Source of the DNA: Octopus bimaculoides
Lineage: Eukaryota
Direction of reading: 5' to 3'
Length of the DNA: 64,000 bases
Assembly (NCBI RefSeq): GCF_001194135.2
Contig: NC_068984.1
Span: 12,234,412 to 12,298,411, forward strand
Below are positions 61,567 to 64,000 of this stretch, one piece after another (position 1 is the stretch's first letter; each line of letters starts with the position of its first letter). The notes under the pieces were generated by a model, which saw nothing but the letters and a program-made list of their open reading frames with translations, did no database searches and was not told the DNA's origin. Made by a program: the position numbers and the translations under genes.

Positions 61567-63038
61567 CTATAATCATGCCTACATGTCCAAAGTAGGAAAA
61601 TAGTATTTTAAAAAAATCTAATTGTGATATTGTTTATAAATTAATTCAATTTTGGAAATTTTTTCAGGTATTATTAATATCAGTTATTGTTAAATGATTG
61701 ATTTTAGAAAACCTGACTTGCTAAAATTTTTTGCTTCAGCATTTCATGTAATCGTTCCCACTTTCAGAGCCAATCAGTTAATGCCAAAAATAATAAACAT
61801 ATTGATGTGTGTAAAAACAAATTGGAAAAGAGTTTTGTTACAGGCATTGATAATGTGGCTGGCTAAAATATGGTGTTAAAGTTGCCGTTGCGAAACAAGT
61901 TGTTATCAGCCATGCTAAAAACACTATTGTAAAAGATGTGACCAGGTTTCTGTGACTGTAATGAAACTGGGATCACTACTTTTAACCTAAGAATCAAAAA
62001 GATGAGCCTTATTTCATAAACTGCAGGCATTTTAAAACAGTAGTTTGTATCTGAATTTAAAACTATCATGATTCATAGATGACTTTGTTAGTTTTCCGTG
62101 GCTGTTTCATTCCTGCTCATTGTTGCTTTGTATCATCAGACCAGCTTGCATTACCTTTTTACATGTCTTTAGGTAAGACAAATTTCCATATCTGTTCATC
62201 ATCACATAAGCTAAAACTGAGTTTTGATTCAAGGAAGCTTCACTGCGTAGCCTTGGGCATATATCAGAAAGTAAACCAGGATGAGTTTGATAAGGATTTT
62301 CTATTTTAATGCCTAGCTTTATCAGAGACTAATCAACATGGATGTGTGCCAGTAGAGCTCAAAATTCAATGTAACTAGTCTGAGTTTGAACCTTGGCTGG
62401 TCAAAGTTGAGAATGATTATTGAAGGAATACAGTCAAGTCTTTGGATGAGTTGTGAGCAAATGCTTGTAGACTGATAATTTCCTTGGATACCGAAAACAG
62501 TTACATCATGTTTGACAGATTCAATAGCTTTCTCAATACACCTATAGCTGCGGGGAGGTTTATAATCAAAGCGTTCTGACCTGATCCCACATTATGATCA
62601 TATTCATACCGCCCCCCTCCTTTTTAAATATATAATTTCATTAATTTTTAGTTCTCTAATAATAATTCCTACAAAAATTGTAAAATAAATTCTCGTTTTG
62701 AAAGTGGATTTGATCCATCTTGAAATACTCAACCGGCATTTTCTAAATGATTTTTTTTCCTGTTAGCAAGTAATCTTCTTAATTTTTGATATTGAAATTG
62801 TTTTGTTAATTACCTATAATCATCAGTCTTTTTTATTTTACCCTGTATTATTTATTTATTTATTTATCCTCTTATGTTATTTTTCTTATTTTAATTCTTG
62901 ATTTACTTCACAAATGAAATCAAAGAAACTCATAAGCAATGAACTAATAATAAAAGACACAGTTATTCCATTTAATGTACATTTTGCAATGTGAAATGAA
63001 AGTTTTATGTTTAATATTGAATTTCTTCAATTTTATAG

Positions 63039-63139
63039 GGAATTCTTTTGTTTGGAAATGAAGAACAAAAGATGAAATATTTACCCAAACTTGCTGCTGG
63101 GGAAGAAATTGCTGCTTTTTGTTTGACAGAGCCTTCCAG
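63039..63139 (+). CDS. ACAD9: ACAD9 exon 5 (gene continues beyond the window)
   Basis: Acceptor TTTTATAG. Reads [33 protein letters not shown], with the acyl-CoA dehydrogenase AFCLTEP signature. Donor AG|GTGAGA. 101 nt, phase 0 to 2. Confidence 0.93.
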
Positions 63140-63567
63140 GTGAGAAATTACTTCAAAAAATATTGTTGTTCAAACTAGATGTCATAAGTTATTGTAAATT
63201 AAAGATCTATGGAGGTGTGTGGCTTAGTGGTTAGGGTATTTGACTCGCAATCGTAAGGCTGTGAGTTTGATTCCCAGTGGTACATTGTGTCCTTGACCAA
63301 CACACTTTATTTTCACTTTGCACCAATCCACTGAGCTGGCAAAAATGAGTAGTACCCGTATTTCAAAGGGCCAGCCTTGTCACACTCTGTGTCCTGCTGA
63401 ATCTCTCTGAGAACTACGTTAAGGGTATGCGTATCTGTGGAGTGTTCAACCACTTACACATTAATCTCGTGAGCAGATCAACTTGAACCCTCATTGACGT
63501 AACCGACAGAGAGCCAGTTACATTAAAGATCTACTTAAATCTTAGAACGAAACAATGAACTTACATA

Positions 63568-63968
63568 GACGCAGGAGTGGCTGTGTGGTAAGTAGCTTAC
63601 TTATCAACCACATGGTCCTGGGTTCAGTTCCACTGCATGGCACCTTGGGCAAGTGTCTTCTACTATAGCCTCGGGCCGACCAAAGCCTTGTGAGTGGATT
63701 TGGTAGACGGAAACTGGAAGAAGCCCGTCGTATATGTGTATATGTGTGTGTGTGTATGTTTGTGTGTCTGTGTTTATCACCCTAACATCGCTTGACTACC
63801 GATGCTAGTGTGTTTACATCCCAGTAACTTAGCACTTTGGCAAAAGAGACCAATAGAATAAGTACTAGGCTTACAAAGAATAAGCTCTGGGGTCGATTTG
63901 CTCGACTAAAGGCGGTACTCCAGCATGGCCACAGTCAAATGACTGAAACAAGTAAAAGAATAAAAGAA
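63568..63968 (+). mobile_element. full-length family A SINE in ACAD9 intron 5
   Basis: Near-identical head, body and tail to 35356..35743. Confidence 0.85.
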
Positions 63969-64000
63969 TTATTTGGCTGACCAGGACAACTGTAATTTTG

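Overview
AT-rich, repeat-dense eukaryotic genomic DNA with nine N-gaps. It is most likely an octopus/coleoid cephalopod, an inference from its tRNA-headed SINE families and RTE tails. Two divergent protein-coding genes can be built by hand with GT-AG introns and consistent phases. (1) Minus strand: a complete 7-exon GH20 beta-N-acetylhexosaminidase with bacterial chitobiase four-domain architecture (CDS 32379->19489, 2589 nt, 862 aa, intact HFGGDE motif, no signal peptide). (2) Plus strand: the first five coding exons of mitochondrial ACAD9 (45727->63139, continuing beyond the window). The left 19 kb holds a weakly supported unannotated minus-strand spliced ORF, an internally deleted Gypsy LTR element with a 5-bp TSD, and several long foldback elements, one centred on inverted telomeric repeats. 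The remainder is SINEs, fragments of RTE, CR1, Tx1, R4/Dong and Penelope-like retroelements, and microsatellites. The Penelope-like fragment carries a minimal hammerhead-ribozyme-like motif in ACAD9 intron 1. No rRNA, true tRNA gene or CRISPR array was found. All alignments and translations were done by eye.
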